The position numbers were made by a program, and so were the translations under genes. 64,000 nucleotides of DNA from an uncultured Deinococcaceae bacterium (GTDB taxonomy: Bacteria > Deinococcota > Deinococci > Deinococcales > Deinococcaceae), in assembly GCA_964252075.1 (NCBI GenBank), contig CAXULY010000003.1:156657-220656 (forward strand). The letters are read 5' to 3'. The notes beneath the pieces were generated by a model. It searched no databases. It saw only the letters and a program-made list of their open reading frames with translations, and was not told the DNA's origin. Shown here piece after piece: positions 61,470 through 64,000 of the stretch. The stretch's first letter is position 1, and each line of letters begins with the position of its first letter.

Positions 61470-61985
61470 ATGAGTCAGCCACCCGCAGGTCAGGCCTCCG
61501 CACGGCCCACACTGGATCTGATGGTGCGCGCCCAGGGCCTCAGCACCACGCAGGCCGAGCTGCAACTCGTGCACGTGCCCCCCTCGGGCATCATCAGCTT
61601 CCCGAACCGCAGCGCCTTTGAGGTGACGCACCGGCCCGGCGCGCCCGAGGTGCTGTCCGCCACGCGCAGCGTGCACATTGACCTGGACGGCCTGCGCACG
61701 CGCTTCGGGGATCAGGTGGGGCACCTGTACGCCGTGACGGTGCACAGCCAGCCGCGCACGCTGGAGTTTCAGAACATGACCCTCGACGTGCGCAGCCCGG
61801 ACTTCGAGGAACTCGGGCGGCCCCTGGACCTCGCGGACCACGCGGCGCTGCTGGGCGTGTGGTGGCAGGACCGCGCGGGCCGCTGGGCCTTCGAGTACAG
61901 CGGCCAGATCCTCGACACCCTGAACGCCACGTACCAGAGCGTGTTCCTGGCGGGCCGCTACGCGGAGCGCTTCGCGGACCGCTGA
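61470..61985 (+). CDS. Hypothetical protein, possibly a divergent TerD-like domain
   Basis: VHIDL..L, YAVTVH, ALLG.W....GRWAF...GQ resemble the TerD C-terminal half. Confidence 0.55.
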   Translation: MSQPPAGQASARPTLDLMVRAQGLSTTQAELQLVHVPPSGIISFPNRSAFEVTHRPGAPEVLSATRSVHIDLDGLRTRFGDQVGHLYAVTVHSQPRTLEFQNMTLDVRSPDFEELGRPLDLADHAALLGVWWQDRAGRWAFEYSGQILDTLNATYQSVFLAGRYAERFADR

Positions 61986-62012
61986 GCGAAACGCAGGCCG
62001 CATCCGCGCCCG

Positions 62013-63170
62013 TCAGCGCAGGCGGGCGTCACCGGGCGCCACGCCGTACACCGCGCCCCACGGCGCGTACACACTCTTCAGGGTATCGCGGCGCACCTTC
62101 TGACCGTCGTCCATGCGGACGGTGCGCTGAATGATGGCCGTCATGCCCTGCATGGGTACGTCCAGCAGGCGCCGCCCGCCCGCACGCACGCGCGGGTCCG
62201 GGCTGAAGGTGGGCTGCGCAGGCGGCTTGAACTGCCCCACGGAGGGCTTCGCGACCTTCACGGTGCGGTCCGGCTTCCCGCCGAACAGGTCAAAGCGCAG
62301 GGTGTCCGCGCGCGTATCCCAGCTGGCCTGCACGAACAGGTGGTGCGCGGTGTCGTTCCTGAAGCGCAGGTTCTTGCTGGGCGCGTACACGGTGGCTTCC
62401 AGGCCGACGGGGTCGTAGTACTCCACGCGGTGCGAGTGCGCGTGGCGTTCCGTGATGGGGAGGCCCGCCGCGTACGCCATGCGGAAGACCGTGGTGCTCA
62501 CCTGGCAGATACCGCCGCCGTCTTCCTTCTCCAGGGTGCCGCCGGAAATCACGAAGCCCTTCACGAAGCCCGTCTCGGCGCTGATCTCACCGACCTCGCG
62601 GTTGAAGTTCAGTTCCTTGCCCGGCGCGATGAAGGTGTTGTCGAGTTTCTGCGCGCCCACCAGGATGTTGCGCACGCGAAACGGCGGGCTGCCCCGGTAG
62701 CTGCTCTCGCCGCCCGCAAGGTGATACAGCACGCCGCGCTGGGCGAAGACATTCACGCTGCGGGCGGGCGCGCTGAGGTGCACGACCGCCACCGCCTCGC
62801 GCTTGCCCGCCAGGATCGCCTTCAGGAGGGCCTGCCGGGTGGCGGTCGCGTCCGCGCGCCAGCCCGTCACCTGTCTGGCCACCCAGTGCCCGCCCTCGTT
62901 GCGGAACACCGCGGGGCGCGCCTCGCGCGCTGCGATGGCGTTCAGGGCGTGCCGCAGGCTCGGCTCCAGGGTGCTGGAGAGCCGCCCGATCTTGCGGCTG
63001 CGCGCCACGGCGCGCGCGTCAAGCGCGAAGGACTTCACGACGGGCGCGCGCTTGAGGTGCCCGGACGCGATCACGGGTTCCTCGGCGCGCACCACCAGCT
63101 TGAAGGGAGCGGCGGCGGGCGCGGCGCCCGCCATGGACGCGCACAGCAGGAAGCAGAGGGGAAGGCGCAT
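62013..63170 (-). CDS. VanW-family exported protein
   Basis: Signal peptide; GGGICQVSTT, ERHAHS, GLEATV, LRFRNDT. Confidence 0.9.
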   Translation of the reverse strand: MRLPLCFLLCASMAGAAPAAAPFKLVVRAEEPVIASGHLKRAPVVKSFALDARAVARSRKIGRLSSTLEPSLRHALNAIAAREARPAVFRNEGGHWVARQVTGWRADATATRQALLKAILAGKREAVAVVHLSAPARSVNVFAQRGVLYHLAGGESSYRGSPPFRVRNILVGAQKLDNTFIAPGKELNFNREVGEISAETGFVKGFVISGGTLEKEDGGGICQVSTTVFRMAYAAGLPITERHAHSHRVEYYDPVGLEATVYAPSKNLRFRNDTAHHLFVQASWDTRADTLRFDLFGGKPDRTVKVAKPSVGQFKPPAQPTFSPDPRVRAGGRRLLDVPMQGMTAIIQRTVRMDDGQKVRRDTLKSVYAPWGAVYGVAPGDARLR

Positions 63171-63436
63171 GGCGTCAGGATGCACACGCCGCGCGCCACA
63201 GCGCCTTGCTGAAGGGTTTAGGCCGACGTGCGGGTCCCGTCAGGCAGCTTCACACTCTCCAGCATCGTCACATCTGACACAGAAAGAGCCCAGTGGGCTT
63301 AGCACGCCCTTCAGGTGCCCTGCACACGCGATTCACGAAGGCGCCAACCTTGAAAAACTTTAGCTCCCCGTCACGCCAGTCGTACGGACCGCCGCACACA
63401 CTGACCGTGTTGGAGCTCAAGAAAGGAAGGATTCAC

Positions 63437-64000
63437 ATGGCGAGACTGACTCAGATTTCTGACCTGGTGCGCGACCACAACTACGACCTCGGGACGGACT
63501 TCTACAACCCGGAGGGCGACACCGCCTACGGGACGAACGGCGAGAAGATCGGCAAGGTCGTGGACGCCCTCGCCGAGGACGGCGGCAAGCTTCGTTACCT
63601 CGTGCTCGACGTCGGCAACTGGTTCTCCAGCAAGCACGTGCTCGTGCCGGTCGGCATGGCGCGCTTCGACGAGGCGGATCACGCGGTGTACTTCGACAAC
63701 CTCACGAAGGAGCAGGTGCGGGACATGCGCACCTACGACCGCAGCACAGAGTACGACTACGAATCCCAGGTGGCGGACGAGCGGGTGCTGCGCGGGCGGG
63801 ATTACGTGGGGGACATCGGGTACGTCGGCGCCAACGACAGCGCCACCACCACGAACACCACCACCGGCCTGACCGACACCCAGACCGCCACCGGTATGGG
63901 CACCACCGGCATGACCGACCGCAGCTACAACTACCGCGACGACGCCACGGACGACACGCTGTACAAGACGCCCCAGCGCCTGCGCCTCCTCGAGGAGCGC
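63437..64000 (+). CDS. PRC-barrel protein, likely with DUF2382/YsnF C-terminus (partial, runs off window end)
   Basis: Manual translation [10 protein letters not shown]...[11 protein letters not shown]...[22 protein letters not shown]; Thr-rich linker then [19 protein letters not shown]. Confidence 0.85.
   Translation, partial: MARLTQISDLVRDHNYDLGTDFYNPEGDTAYGTNGEKIGKVVDALAEDGGKLRYLVLDVGNWFSSKHVLVPVGMARFDEADHAVYFDNLTKEQVRDMRTYDRSTEYDYESQVADERVLRGRDYVGDIGYVGANDSATTTNTTTGLTDTQTATGMGTTGMTDRSYNYRDDATDDTLYKTPQRLRLLEER

Overview
High-GC chromosomal segment that looks Deinococcus-like. This is inferred from the clpP-clpX-lon order, Deinococcus-type pilin, carotenoid genes and pervasive leaderless promoters. 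About 55 CDS and one SRP RNA are supported. In order: a LacI-regulated beta-glucoside ABC/GH1 operon; an orphan GT4 with a truncated neighbour; a low-GC O-antigen-ligase-like gene behind a type IV pilin; ffs; clpP-clpX-lon; Lpt-like envelope genes; an amidase; peptidases; GH42; Ada; a five-gene late carotenoid operon; an AlkZ/YcaQ-like glycosylase; xpt; a non-canonical subtilase; an acyl-CoA carboxylase beta subunit; and a co-directional cphA-iaaA-cphB-treZ-FRG-SDR run. Most notable observations: (1) a single gene fusing a double CrtYc/d-type lycopene cyclase to a CruF hydratase heads the carotenoid operon, with a poly-C bridge mini-ORF before crtD; (2) a perfect 17-bp RDRM/DdrO-type palindrome overlaps the promoter of a signal-less S53 protease; (3) cyanophycin genes are linked to trehalose and FRG genes; (4) a pilin/oligosaccharyltransferase cassette has a G-quadruplex-prone leader; (5) a perfect HspR (HAIR) box is embedded in the clpX coding end. 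No CRISPR, tRNA, rRNA or transposase was seen. All family calls come from motif recognition by eye, not from database searches.
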